64,000 nt of DNA, from IMG/VR virus record IMGVR_UViG_3300028648_000064, positions 3,708-67,707 of that record; one strand, written 5' to 3'. Under the pieces are notes generated by a model that saw only the letters and a list, made by a program, of their open reading frames with translations, searched no databases and was not told where the DNA came from. A program made the translations under genes and the position numbers. This stretch comes from a virus. Shown here piece by piece: positions 1 through 9,535 of the stretch (positions are counted from its first letter, which is position 1; each line of letters begins with the position of its first letter).

Positions 1-78
1 TCGGCCTTGGTCGCTTCGGCGATGACGGAATTTCGGTAAGGGAGACGCCACCGGACGGAAAGAGCGCCCAGCCCGCAG

Positions 79-116
79 AGGGCCGGCGAAGTACCTGACC
101 CTACTTCGTCGGCCCT
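79..116 (+). terminator. 15-bp stem-loop (one G-U pair, 8-nt loop); possible terminator between convergent genes
   Basis: agggccggcgaagta (79-93) pairs with tacttcgtcggccct (102-116); overlaps the stop codon of the 101..418 gene; no clear U-tract. Confidence 0.4.
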
Positions 117-418
117 GGCTGTTTCGGTGGGTAGATGTGATCTGCGGGAACGCACCTGTACAGCGCGAGCAGTGCCGCCCAGCGGTCGCTAAACGACCCG
201 GCGGGCGTTTCGCCTTTTTTCGACATGTAGGCAGCAGCGTCAGCGGTCAAACTCTTCGTCCGTTCGGATCGGTACCGCTCGCAGGCTTCGGCCGCATCAA
301 AGGCTTGCACCTGCTCCCACTGCGCCAGGGGCTTCGTCGCGGGCTCGTCGCTGCCACCTGTCCACATCAGAATCCACCCGGCGACCGCGACCGACGCAAT
401 AGAGGAGCCCCTTCGCAC
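101..418 (-). CDS. small putative secreted/membrane-anchored hypothetical protein
   Basis: Hydrophobic N-terminus (SVAVAGWILMW), then PLAQWEQVQAFDAAEACE...YRCVP with a Cys pair; protein-like composition. Confidence 0.6.
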   Translation of the reverse strand: MRRGSSIASVAVAGWILMWTGGSDEPATKPLAQWEQVQAFDAAEACERYRSERTKSLTADAAAYMSKKGETPAGSFSDRWAALLALYRCVPADHIYPPKQPGPTK

Positions 419-603
419 GACGATCCCGTTAGCCGACCCACGACGAAGCTTTCAAGTCGGAGACGATCAACCTAAAACGAGGTTTGCTTGACCGGTCATG
501 CTAACGGCGTTTGAAATCAAAGTGGCCCACTACCGGACGAGGCGCGCGCCTTGCAGCGCGTCGGCCTCCTCAGGCAGGCTGACGCGGCGAGGACGCGGAC
601 GCC

Positions 604-1578
604 ATGAGCGACGACAGGACCGACGGCACCGACTTCGTCACCGCCCTCTCGCAAGCGGCCGAGGAATCCCTCGACGACGCCGCCCACTACCGACCCGACC
701 GCCATGGCGTGATCGACGCGGATTGCTTCGGACGTGGCTATCGCCGTCGCGATCCGGAGGAGATCCCGCCGCCTCGGAAGCGCACCTACCCGGAAGACGG
801 GTGTCCGCGTACGTGCACCGACTGCCGCACGCCGTTCAAGTTCGGCGAGATCATCCACCCTGCGCTCGACGGGACGCGCTGCATCCCGTGCTTCAAGGTC
901 GATCGCCGGAATCTCGGGCGGAGCCTCGCAAAGCTGTTCCGATCGGCGGCGGAGACGCCCGAAGCGCGCGAGGCCGGGAGCCGCAGCCTCGCGATGGTCG
1001 CCGACATCTATCGCGGGCTCGACCGCGCCGATCGGGTTCGCGAGCTGACAAAGCTCGTGCGCGATCGCCTACCGGTCGGGACGATCACTGCGCGCGAGAC
1101 GGAGTTACGCACGGCGCTCGCAGCCGAAGGCGTCGATGTCGACGCGGCGGTCGCCGACGACATGGCGATGCTCACGCACCCCGGCGCCGTCTTACTCGGG
1201 CGTCAGCTGCGCGGCGAAGCGCCGACGGCCGAGGAACTCCAGGCGTACACCGATTGGCTCGCGCCGCAGCTCGGCCCGCCGCTCACCGTCGAGGAGTACC
1301 GTGGCGTGCTCGACGCGTGGCAGTCGTTCCACGAGGAGATCACCGCGAACATGCCGCAGGGCATCGACGTCGCCGCGATCGCGCTCGAAGAACTCGGCAC
1401 CATCGACGAGGCCGACGTCGTCGCGCGCTGCCACAAGTGCGGCAAGGCGACCGCGAACGCGGACATGATCGGCGCCGGGTGCTCGACGGGCATCCTCGTG
1501 AATCCCGTCGATGGGTGTCGCGGGTACTATCATCCGGTCGATGCACGGGCCGCGGAGGAAGGGTACTTCCGCGCATGA
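604..1578 (+). CDS. hypothetical protein with CxxC motifs (possible Zn-binding)
   Basis: 324-aa ORF; CTDC...CIPC and CHKC motifs; ATGA-coupled to the next gene. Confidence 0.7.
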   Translation: MSDDRTDGTDFVTALSQAAEESLDDAAHYRPDRHGVIDADCFGRGYRRRDPEEIPPPRKRTYPEDGCPRTCTDCRTPFKFGEIIHPALDGTRCIPCFKVDRRNLGRSLAKLFRSAAETPEAREAGSRSLAMVADIYRGLDRADRVRELTKLVRDRLPVGTITARETELRTALAAEGVDVDAAVADDMAMLTHPGAVLLGRQLRGEAPTAEELQAYTDWLAPQLGPPLTVEEYRGVLDAWQSFHEEITANMPQGIDVAAIALEELGTIDEADVVARCHKCGKATANADMIGAGCSTGILVNPVDGCRGYYHPVDARAAEEGYFRA

Positions 1579-1778
1579 GCGACGTCCGCGTGCACGCCTG
1601 GCGCCACGGCGTCGAGCAGACCGAGGACTGCGCCACCATCGCGGACGCGCTCGCGTTCGCGGCGTCCGTCGAAGAGCACGGCTCGGCGTACGTCGAGAAG
1701 ATCACCGACGTTGAGACCGGCGCCACGCTCTACGCGAAGGCTGATCCGCTCGCGGAGTTGCTTCCGGTGCGCGCATGA
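1575..1778 (+). CDS. hypothetical protein (67 aa)
   Basis: MSDVRVHAW...LLPVRA; ATGA overlaps at both ends; it is the true 3' part of track ORF 498..1778. Confidence 0.65.
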   Translation: MSDVRVHAWRHGVEQTEDCATIADALAFAASVEEHGSAYVEKITDVETGATLYAKADPLAELLPVRA

Positions 1779-1870
1779 TCGACGTCGCCGCCGGCCTCAC
1801 CCTCGCCATCGCGACGCTCGGGGCGTGCAGCTACGCGTTCGTCGCGGCGTGGCGGGCGATGCTCGGGTAA
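1775..1870 (+). CDS. small single-pass membrane peptide (31 aa)
   Basis: MIDVAAGLTLAIATLGACSYAFVAAWRAMLG; ATGA overlap with the upstream gene. Confidence 0.5.
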   Translation: MIDVAAGLTLAIATLGACSYAFVAAWRAMLG

Positions 1871-1888
1871 GGGAGGGAGCCCGGACCT

Positions 1889-2308
1889 ATGCTCACTGAC
1901 GCACTAGGGCACGACGACGAAGAAGACGACATCTGGGGCGGCGAAGATCCCGACGCCCCGATCGACTTCCTTTGGACCTGCAAGGCGTGCGGGCGAGGCG
2001 ATGTTCCGGTCTCGTGGACGCGCCGCCAGTACGTCGAGCGGGGCCCCTTCACGCGATACATGATCGCGCGCGGCACCTGCGCCTGCGGCCATGAATCGCG
2101 CGTGAGGCTGCCCCGACTCGCGATCCCGGCGATTGATTGGGAAGCTCAGGAACGCGCGGCGGCAGAAGCCTACGCCGCCGAGAAAGCGCGGCGCCTGCGC
2201 GAGCAGCGGCGAGTCGCGCGCCTGCGCAAGAAGCCCCGGCGTGCGCTCAGCAAGGGCGACGTGCAATTCCTTCTGCGGCTCGCGTCACGCGCCACGGAAC
2301 ACGACTAG
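1889..2308 (+). CDS. hypothetical Zn-ribbon protein
   Basis: GGGAGGGAG RBS; CKAC...CACGH; basic helical C-terminus. Confidence 0.65.
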   Translation: MLTDALGHDDEEDDIWGGEDPDAPIDFLWTCKACGRGDVPVSWTRRQYVERGPFTRYMIARGTCACGHESRVRLPRLAIPAIDWEAQERAAAEAYAAEKARRLREQRRVARLRKKPRRALSKGDVQFLLRLASRATEHD

Positions 2309-2318
2309 GCGACTAGGA

Positions 2319-2642
2319 CTACGGCAGCGGCACCACCGCTTTCGCCGCCGCCTTCGCTCCGACCGCAATCCCCGCGCGTACCGATTCGATGACGTCCGCC
2401 CGGAGTGCACGTTCCCGATCGTCTTGCGCGCGGACGACGTCGACGTTCACGTTGCTGGAGTAGCCCCGGACCTCGACGCGGACGCCGTCGGCATCGGACC
2501 AGATCAGCTCCTTGAACGTCACGTCCTTGGCGCTCTCGACCAGGATCGAGCCGTCGGACGCCTTGCTGATCCGCGTCGTGAGGTTCGCCGACATGCAGCC
2601 GGCGACGAGTATCGCGAGCATGATCACCTGAAGTCGTTTCAT
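2319..2642 (-). CDS. lipoprotein at the end of the lysis cassette (spanin-like candidate)
   Basis: MKRLQVIMLAILVAGC lipobox; ATGA overlap with the patatin stop. Confidence 0.7.
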   Translation of the reverse strand: MKRLQVIMLAILVAGCMSANLTTRISKASDGSILVESAKDVTFKELIWSDADGVRVEVRGYSSNVNVDVVRAQDDRERALRADVIESVRAGIAVGAKAAAKAVVPLP

Positions 2643-3568
2643 GCTGCCGCCTCTCTTCCTGCGCTCACGAGCGCGTCTGCCGCGAGATCCAGCACGAGAT
2701 CCCCACCCCGTTCCCACAGATACGCCCGCGCTTCCGCTTCGAGCCGCGCGAGATTCGCGGCCGACGCGTCGTCCATCGCGTCGCTCGCGAGCGTGAGCGT
2801 CGTTTGCAGCCGAAAGTAGCGTCCCGGTGCCACGACATGCCGGCACGCGTCGTCGACGAGATCCGCCGGCCCCGCGAGCATCGCCCCGACGAGATCCCGC
2901 CGGAGCCACGCGACGGCCCCCGCACGCTGGGCGACCGCCGCCGATACCGACCGACACCGCCGGCCCGTGCCGATCGAGACGAGCACCGACCGGGTCATCG
3001 GATGCCGCGCGTCCTCGGCCGCCCACGCGACGAGCGCGGGGTTGTTCGCGGCGAGGCCGCCGTCGACGCCGACGACCGTGCGCGCCGCGATCGTGAGCGG
3101 CACCGCCGGGAAGAACGTCGGCGCCGCGGCGCTCGCGAGGCAGACGTCGACGATCGGGAGCCCGGCGTGCGCGGCGCGCGTCGAGTCCAGCACGAGTGCG
3201 TCGTGGGTCGCCACGTCGTAGACCGGCACGAGCACGCGCCGCGGGAGCGTGCCGAACACCGCGCTGCCGAAGAGCTCGACGAGCACCGCCCGGAGGGGCG
3301 CCGGGTCGTACTTCGGCCGGAGCGCCCCGGCCCACGGCCACGGCCGCGGGAAGATCCGCGCGGCGTCCCGGCGGCAGCGCGCGACGAGCTCGGCCGCCGG
3401 CAGGCCGCCCGCGACCGCACAGGCGAGCAGCGCGCCGATCGAGGTCCCGGCGACGGTCTCGACGACGTCCCGCACGGGGCGCGCGAGCCGCTGCTCGAGC
3501 GCGGCGAGGACGCACGCGGACCAGAGCCCGCGCACACCCCCGCCGTCGAAGGTGAGGATCCGGCGCAC
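2639..3568 (-). CDS. patatin-like phospholipase
   Basis: DGGGVRG oxyanion loop, GTSIG nucleophile elbow, DGG catalytic Asp; GTG start inferred at 3568. Confidence 0.9.
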   Translation of the reverse strand: MRRILTFDGGGVRGLWSACVLAALEQRLARPVRDVVETVAGTSIGALLACAVAGGLPAAELVARCRRDAARIFPRPWPWAGALRPKYDPAPLRAVLVELFGSAVFGTLPRRVLVPVYDVATHDALVLDSTRAAHAGLPIVDVCLASAAAPTFFPAVPLTIAARTVVGVDGGLAANNPALVAWAAEDARHPMTRSVLVSIGTGRRCRSVSAAVAQRAGAVAWLRRDLVGAMLAGPADLVDDACRHVVAPGRYFRLQTTLTLASDAMDDASAANLARLEAEARAYLWERGGDLVLDLAADALVSAGREAAA

Positions 3569-3576
3569 CGCCCCGC

Positions 3577-3756
3577 TTACTGGAAGCGGATGCCGAGGGC
3601 GGCGAGCCCCATCCCGACGAGCCCGACGCCTTCGTTGATCTTCGTGCCGTCGAGCACGTCGGCCGCGATCCCCTGAAACACCAAGCCGAGCCCGCCGCCG
3701 ATCATCGCGAGCGCGCCGGCGAGCGTCCGATACCCCTTGAGCCACGAGAGTTGCAT
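3577..3756 (-). CDS. small holin-like membrane protein (59 aa)
   Basis: MQLSWLKGYRT followed by two hydrophobic segments; GAGGAGG RBS; in the lysis cassette. Confidence 0.65.
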   Translation of the reverse strand: MQLSWLKGYRTLAGALAMIGGGLGLVFQGIAADVLDGTKINEGVGLVGMGLAALGIRFQ

Positions 3757-3779
3757 GCTGCATCCTCCTCTTGCCGGTT

Positions 3780-4172
3780 TCATCCGCGGCGCCATGCCGT
3801 GGAGTGCTGCTGCCACTCGTGGAAGCCGAGGAGCTCCCGCAAGCGGCACAACATGAAGAGCCCCGCCGCGACGATGTGGCCGACGAAGAGGAGGGCCGTC
3901 CCGCTCGCGATCGTATAGCTCCCTTGCTGGAGCGACATGGCGCCGATCGCCGGGTCCACGATCAAGATGCTCGCCGTCCCGCACCACCAGAGGCACCACG
4001 CCGCCGTGCAGCGGTAGCAGTCGAACGCGAACGCATCACGCGCCGGCTGCCAGCGCCGCCGCGTGTCTTCGAGATACATGGCGCAGATGGCGAGGAGACA
4101 CACGAGGCCGCTCCCGATCTGAATGGCCCGCATCGTCGAGAGCTGCGCCCAAAAGACGGGGATCACGCGCAC
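3780..4172 (-). CDS. multi-pass membrane protein (lysis cassette)
   Basis: About three hydrophobic segments; tightly packed between neighbours. Confidence 0.6.
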   Translation of the reverse strand: MRVIPVFWAQLSTMRAIQIGSGLVCLLAICAMYLEDTRRRWQPARDAFAFDCYRCTAAWCLWWCGTASILIVDPAIGAMSLQQGSYTIASGTALLFVGHIVAAGLFMLCRLRELLGFHEWQQHSTAWRRG

Positions 4173-4173
4173 G

Positions 4174-4593
4174 TCAGGCTCCTTTCGGCGGCACCGCGAG
4201 CACGCGCGCCGCGAGGTCGACGAACCGCGCCGTCACCCAATCGCAGCAGAAGCCCGCGGCCGCGCAGTACGCGAGGAGTTGCATGAGGTGTTCGGGCGTG
4301 TCGCGATACGACCCGAACGCGAAGAGCGCCGTCACGAACCCGACGAACGGCCCGAGGCCGAGCGCCCCCACGAGGCGCGGGGCGCCGGGAAAGCGCTCCC
4401 ATTGCGAGAGCAGCTTGAGCCCGCCGCCGATCCCGCCCGCGATCGCGGCGGCCTGCACGAAGGCGTCGGGGTCGTTCGGATTGCTCCACCACGGGACGAC
4501 GGCCGGAGCCGACGCGCCGAGCGCGAGGGTCGCGAGCGACAGGGTGGCCATGATCATGAGCACGGCGAGCGGGGGACGTGCGGGGTGGCGCAT
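4174..4593 (-). CDS. holin-like membrane protein
   Basis: 3-4 hydrophobic segments; directly downstream of the endolysin. Confidence 0.6.
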   Translation of the reverse strand: MRHPARPPLAVLMIMATLSLATLALGASAPAVVPWWSNPNDPDAFVQAAAIAGGIGGGLKLLSQWERFPGAPRLVGALGLGPFVGFVTALFAFGSYRDTPEHLMQLLAYCAAAGFCCDWVTARFVDLAARVLAVPPKGA

Positions 4594-4597
4594 GCAT

Positions 4598-4684
4598 TCA
4601 GGCGTGCTTTGGCGTGACGGCTCCGGCGAGCGCGCTCGCGTTGATGAGATCGATTCCCGTGCCGGTGTCGAGCGTGTCCGTCAT
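4598..4684 (-). CDS. possible 28-aa peptide
   Basis: MTDTLDTGTGIDLINASALAGAVTPKHA; ATGA overlap with the endolysin stop; fills the gap exactly. Confidence 0.35.
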   Translation of the reverse strand: MTDTLDTGTGIDLINASALAGAVTPKHA

Positions 4685-5064
4685 CGCGGCAGCTCGAAGT
4701 GCCCCATGTCCCACCCATCGCCCGCGCCTGGTTTCGACTCCCCAAACCGCCCGCCCCACCGAAGCCCGAGCGCCTCCCCGATCGCCCCGATGCGTTGCCA
4801 CACGGGATCGCGGACGTCCCACTGCAACTTGTCGGGCCCCGCGAGTTGGAAGAGGGCGAAGGGTACGACGTCTATCGCCATGCCGTCCTGATGGCGCGAG
4901 CGTTTCACTTTCGAGGTGCCCGCGGCGACGGCCGCAGCCTGTTCAGCCGGCGTGCGACCCGTGCTCACGATGAGGACGGGGATCTGCGCTTCGACGAGCT
5001 GTGCGAGGAACTCGACGGCCTTCGCGCGGAAGGCGGGCGCGAGCTCGCTGAGGTGTCGTCCCAT
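4681..5064 (-). CDS. endolysin, peptidase M15 family (L-Ala-D-Glu peptidase-like)
   Basis: GRTPAEQ, SRHQDGMAID (SxHxxGxAxD), LRWGG and DMGHFE motifs. Confidence 0.9.
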   Translation of the reverse strand: MGRHLSELAPAFRAKAVEFLAQLVEAQIPVLIVSTGRTPAEQAAAVAAGTSKVKRSRHQDGMAIDVVPFALFQLAGPDKLQWDVRDPVWQRIGAIGEALGLRWGGRFGESKPGAGDGWDMGHFELPR

Positions 5065-5080
5065 GCTGAACCTCCGTGCC

Positions 5081-8000
5081 CTACCGCTTCTGAACGGTGA
5101 CGTGGAATTTCGGCGACCGCACGCCGATGTTGTGCGCCTCGGTCGGGGGATTCGCCGTCGACCGCGTGAACTGGATTTGCAGCGCGTACGTCGCCGCCGC
5201 AGCGGCGGCGGGATTCTTCTCGGTCCACGCGAGGTGGTAGGACTGCCGGCGCGTGCTCTCGTCCACGCCCGCGATCGCTGGCACGGTCTCCGCGAGAATC
5301 TCGCGCGTGCCGATCGTCACCCCGCCGCGGATCAGCCGCGCCGTCACGGTCCCGGTGGTGGCGCCACCGACGCCCCAGTCGATCAGGCGGATGCTCACTT
5401 CGACCTGAATCCGCACGGCCTTGGTCCCGATCGGGATGGCGTTCTGCCCCGCCGGGGGCGTCAGGGCGATGTTGCCGACCGTGACAAACCCCCCGGGCAC
5501 CTGGACGCCTTCGGTGATCGTGTCCGTCTCGGGCGTGTCGTACGCTTCGCTCGCGGCGCCGTCGGCCATGTCGTCGGTCTCGACCGTCGACCCCGCCGCA
5601 GCGACGAGCACCGTCCACGCTGAGACCTGCCCGCTCGTGTTCACCGCCTGGATGCGGCAATAGCGCGGGAGCGACGCCGCGAGGTCACTCTCCGAGTAGG
5701 TGACCCGCTCCGCGCGCGTGAACCCGCGATCGCGCCGCGGGGTCGACGGCACGCCGCCGGCCATGGCGCTGCCCTCGTAGACCTCCCAGTGGTAGCCCTT
5801 GAGATTCTTCTCGGCGTTCTCGTTCCACTTCCAGCGGCGCTGGCGGGCGGACCCCGCGGTGAGGGCGGTGAGGCCGGTCGGCGTTGCGGGCGCCCCTGGC
5901 GCCGTGGTCGCCCGCGTCACGAGACTCGGGGCGCCGACGAGGCCGAACCGATTGACCGCGGAGAGCCGGAACTCGTAGCTCGTGGCGTCGTCGAAGACGT
6001 CGTCCACGCGGGCACTCGTTTGCGTGAGCGGAACGCCGGCGGACTGCCACGCGGTCGTGCCGGCAACCCGCCATTCGAGCAGCAGCGTCTGCGCGTTCTC
6101 GTGCGTCACCTTCGCCCACGTCGCGAGGGCGGACCAGATGCGCCGACCGTCGAGCGCGACCGTCACGCTGAACGTGACGGCGAAGTCGGCGACCCGAAGC
6201 GGATAGGTCGCCGAGTAGTCGGGTCGCGATTCCGCGTCGGGCGCCACCGGCAACGTCCCCGGCACGTACGTGTAGACGGCGTCACTCGCGGGCGCGCACT
6301 CGAAGGTGAAGGACGAGCCCTGCTCGACCGAGCCCGCCTCCTCGCTCGTTCGCACCTCGAGCTCGGTGAACGGCCGCCCGCTCACGGGATCGGCGACGGC
6401 GATCCGACGCCCCGGGAGCACGTCGAGCGCTTCGTCATCCGCGGTCGGGACCGTCACCGCGACGTCTTGGAGCCCGAGGCGCGCCGCCACGTAGCTCGCG
6501 AAGAGGTCCGCCGCGACCGGATCCCGCAGGGCCGGGCAGTCGAGCAGCTCGGGGTCCGCGCGCCCGACCGGATGCACGTCCCGGGCACTCGTCCGGAGCA
6601 CGAAGCGGTCGATCGCGCCGTCGGCACTCCGCTGTCGGCGGTAGCGCACGCGGCACTGGCGGAAGGCGCTCGCGAGCGCCGTCTGCTTCCACGTCGGCCG
6701 CGCGCCGAGGTTCTCCCAATAGCCATCCTTCAGGCCGAACGACGCGACGACGGCGCCCGGTTGATCGACCGTGCAGCCGAGGAGGCCGTCGGCGGTCAGA
6801 TACAGCCGGACGCCGCGGATGCGGAGGAGCTCCGCGACGTGGGTGCCGAGCGGGAGCGGCTCGACCAGCGCGTAGTCCGTCACGAGCGCGCCGGCTTCGA
6901 CGGCGGCGAGGTCGCGCTCGGCTTGGTCCCAGGAAGGTTGATCGAGCACGAGCCCCGGGCCGTGCGCGCCGCTCACGAGGAGCGACCGCACCTGCCGGAC
7001 GAGATTCCGGGCCCGCAGGAAGTGCGCTTCGGCGAGCTCGTTCAGCGTGCGCGTGCGGGCGGTCACCCGCACCTCGAGGATCTCGACGGGGGCGATCGGG
7101 ACGAGGCTATCGCCAGTGCCGCCGAGCGTGAACGCGGACGAGCCCGGAATCGATGGCACGGCGCCGGCCGGGAGCGCGGCCGTCGCGACGACCGCCCCAT
7201 TCGCAACGGCCGTCAGCGCCCCCGGCGTCGTCGGCGTCGGCGCTTGGTAGGTGAGCGCGACGGCATGCTCGCCGACGTCGAGGGCGCCGCCGGCGGCGAC
7301 GCGCGACACGCCCGCGTAGCCGAGGAGGGCGCGGACACTCCAGAGCGACCCCGGGACGGCACTCTGCCCGGCGAGGCCGAGGAGCCACCCGATCCCGGTC
7401 GTGGGGTTCCGCTTTCCGGCCAGGCCGAAGGACTGCGCGTTGGCGGCGCGGGCGCGGATGCGGATCGTCGCTTCGACCGTCCACCCCGTCTCGCTCCCAA
7501 TGTCGAGATCGCGGCATGCGGTGTGCGGGAGCTGCAAGATGCGCTGGTCGGCGTGCGTCCCGTCGAACCGGTCACCGGCGGGCAGGAACGGCGCCGGATC
7601 GGTATCGACCCGGAGCCACCCCATCTCGCCGAGGAAGGTCGCGGTCTCGAGACCCGGGCTGAACGACGACGAGCCGACCACCCACGGGCCGTCATTCGTG
7701 AGCGAGCCAAGCCCGGCGATCGAGATGGAATCTTCGAGGACGTCATCGACATACACGGCCAGCGTGTGCGCCGCCCGATTCACGACCATCGCCAACCGGT
7801 GGCGCGCCCCGTCGAGGCGCGTACTGCCCGCGGCCGCGTAGATCTTCAGGATCTGCTGGGACGGGTCCGCGGGGTCGGGGATCAGCGTCCCATCCGAGAC
7901 CGCCCCGTAGACCTTCCCGTTCCAGATGCGGAAGGTGAGGTGGGCCCCGGTCGAGCCCCAGCGCTCCGCGAGGATCAGCAGCCGCTCGAGCGTGTCCGGG

Positions 8001-9535
8001 TCGGAGCGGCCCTCCCAATCGAGGCGCACACTGCCGGTGCCGAAGTTCGGCCCGACCGTCTCGCACTGGCCGTACGCGAGTCCATTCGCGAGCCAGACGG
8101 GTTTCCCGTGCGGCCCCATGATGTAGTCATCGGCGCGGAGCCCGATCATCGCGAGGTGGTGTGCGCCGACGTGATCGAGACCCGTCCGCTCGAAGAGGTA
8201 GAGCGACACGGTCGTCGCCCGGACGAGCGGGTTCTGCCGCGCCGGCCGTTCGTCGCGCGTGTCGTGATCGAGGTGCCAGACGCTCCGGCACGTCGGTCCG
8301 TCCCACGCCCGGCGCATCGTCGCGACGTCCGCCAGGATGGGGGCAAGGGCCGAGTCGACGCCGAGCTGCGGCTGCCGGAACACGACCTCGACGGTCGCCT
8401 GCCCCGTCGTGTCCTCGGTCGGCGGCGCGTAGGGCCCCTCGCCGAGATACGACCCGTCGTCGAGGAACGTCGCGGCGTCGCCCCCCGGCACGATCGCGAG
8501 GAGCTTCCCGAAGCCCTGCTCGCCGACGCTCACGGCGTAGCCGGTCGTCCCGTCGGTGTTCGGCTCCCAGGTGAGGAGGACCGCCCGTCGACCGGCCGTC
8601 ACATCGGCGGCCGTGATCGTCACGATCGCGAGCGCGGAGCCGAGGCTCTCGCCGGCGCCGTGGAGGGCGGTCACCTGATAGACGCGCATCGGGGTCGGTC
8701 CCACCCCCGCCGTGAGCGTGCCGCCGCTCACTACCGTCGCCGTGACGCCCTGCGGGGCGGTGAGCTTTCGGTTGATGACGACCTGATACTCGCCGGGGGG
8801 GATGAGGGCCGCCCCGATCGGCATGCCGCGGTAGAGGGCGAGGACCGTCGGCAACACGTTCGCGTCACCCTGCGCCACGCGCGCGAGCGCCCCGCTCACG
8901 ACGTAGCGATGCACCGGGAAGAGCCGCGGGCGTTGCGTCCCGTGCGCGTAGACGCGCTCGGTCGCTTCGACCTGGCGACACGGGGTGTGCTCGCGGAGCT
9001 GGCCGAGGTGGAGCGGCACGGTGAGCCCGACCGCCAAGGCTTCGCTCGTCGCGGTCGGCCAGCGGTCACGGTCGATCCGGACCCGCGGATACGGGACCGC
9101 GAAGACGTCGGGGAGCGTGTCGGCGAGCTCGAGCCGGATGGTGCCGCTGCTCGTGTGCTCGACCCGCTGGATGACCCCGGTGAAGCGCGTGACGAGGGCG
9201 CCTGTCGCGCGGTTGCGGCGGCGGAGAATCACCGTCACGCCCCGCGCTTCGACGGCGCGGAACGCGGCGGCATCGGGATTCGCGAGGGCGGGCCGGTCGA
9301 AGCGGTCGACCTCTCCGCCCGCCTCGCGCGCTTGGAGATCGACACTCACCGTGCCCGACCCGACGATGCCGTAGAAGTCGTTCGAGAGCGTCCGCTGGAT
9401 CGTCGGCCAGAGGAGCCCCGCCTCGTAGACGTTCCCGGCGTCGTCCGCGACGCCTTCGCTCGTCGCGCGGTAGAGCGGCGTCGGGAGCCGAATCTCCGCC
9501 AGCATGTCGAAGCGCGGGTCAGGCGTCGTCGGCAC
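5081..9535 (-). CDS. tail tip / central fibre protein with LamG-like and FN3-like domains (1484 aa)
   Basis: Tail-hub-like N- and C-terminal parts; two concanavalin/LamG-like segments (WTVEA..., HRLAMV...YVDD); FN3-like APGAPATPTGLTA...W; position before the lysis genes. Confidence 0.75.
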   Translation of the reverse strand: MPTTPDPRFDMLAEIRLPTPLYRATSEGVADDAGNVYEAGLLWPTIQRTLSNDFYGIVGSGTVSVDLQAREAGGEVDRFDRPALANPDAAAFRAVEARGVTVILRRRNRATGALVTRFTGVIQRVEHTSSGTIRLELADTLPDVFAVPYPRVRIDRDRWPTATSEALAVGLTVPLHLGQLREHTPCRQVEATERVYAHGTQRPRLFPVHRYVVSGALARVAQGDANVLPTVLALYRGMPIGAALIPPGEYQVVINRKLTAPQGVTATVVSGGTLTAGVGPTPMRVYQVTALHGAGESLGSALAIVTITAADVTAGRRAVLLTWEPNTDGTTGYAVSVGEQGFGKLLAIVPGGDAATFLDDGSYLGEGPYAPPTEDTTGQATVEVVFRQPQLGVDSALAPILADVATMRRAWDGPTCRSVWHLDHDTRDERPARQNPLVRATTVSLYLFERTGLDHVGAHHLAMIGLRADDYIMGPHGKPVWLANGLAYGQCETVGPNFGTGSVRLDWEGRSDPDTLERLLILAERWGSTGAHLTFRIWNGKVYGAVSDGTLIPDPADPSQQILKIYAAAGSTRLDGARHRLAMVVNRAAHTLAVYVDDVLEDSISIAGLGSLTNDGPWVVGSSSFSPGLETATFLGEMGWLRVDTDPAPFLPAGDRFDGTHADQRILQLPHTACRDLDIGSETGWTVEATIRIRARAANAQSFGLAGKRNPTTGIGWLLGLAGQSAVPGSLWSVRALLGYAGVSRVAAGGALDVGEHAVALTYQAPTPTTPGALTAVANGAVVATAALPAGAVPSIPGSSAFTLGGTGDSLVPIAPVEILEVRVTARTRTLNELAEAHFLRARNLVRQVRSLLVSGAHGPGLVLDQPSWDQAERDLAAVEAGALVTDYALVEPLPLGTHVAELLRIRGVRLYLTADGLLGCTVDQPGAVVASFGLKDGYWENLGARPTWKQTALASAFRQCRVRYRRQRSADGAIDRFVLRTSARDVHPVGRADPELLDCPALRDPVAADLFASYVAARLGLQDVAVTVPTADDEALDVLPGRRIAVADPVSGRPFTELEVRTSEEAGSVEQGSSFTFECAPASDAVYTYVPGTLPVAPDAESRPDYSATYPLRVADFAVTFSVTVALDGRRIWSALATWAKVTHENAQTLLLEWRVAGTTAWQSAGVPLTQTSARVDDVFDDATSYEFRLSAVNRFGLVGAPSLVTRATTAPGAPATPTGLTALTAGSARQRRWKWNENAEKNLKGYHWEVYEGSAMAGGVPSTPRRDRGFTRAERVTYSESDLAASLPRYCRIQAVNTSGQVSAWTVLVAAAGSTVETDDMADGAASEAYDTPETDTITEGVQVPGGFVTVGNIALTPPAGQNAIPIGTKAVRIQVEVSIRLIDWGVGGATTGTVTARLIRGGVTIGTREILAETVPAIAGVDESTRRQSYHLAWTEKNPAAAAAATYALQIQFTRSTANPPTEAHNIGVRSPKFHVTVQKR

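Noticed and set aside
498-1778. 426-aa ORF as a single gene
   Set aside because: The first ~360 codons are an Arg-rich alternate frame of 604-1578; only 1575-1778 looks coding
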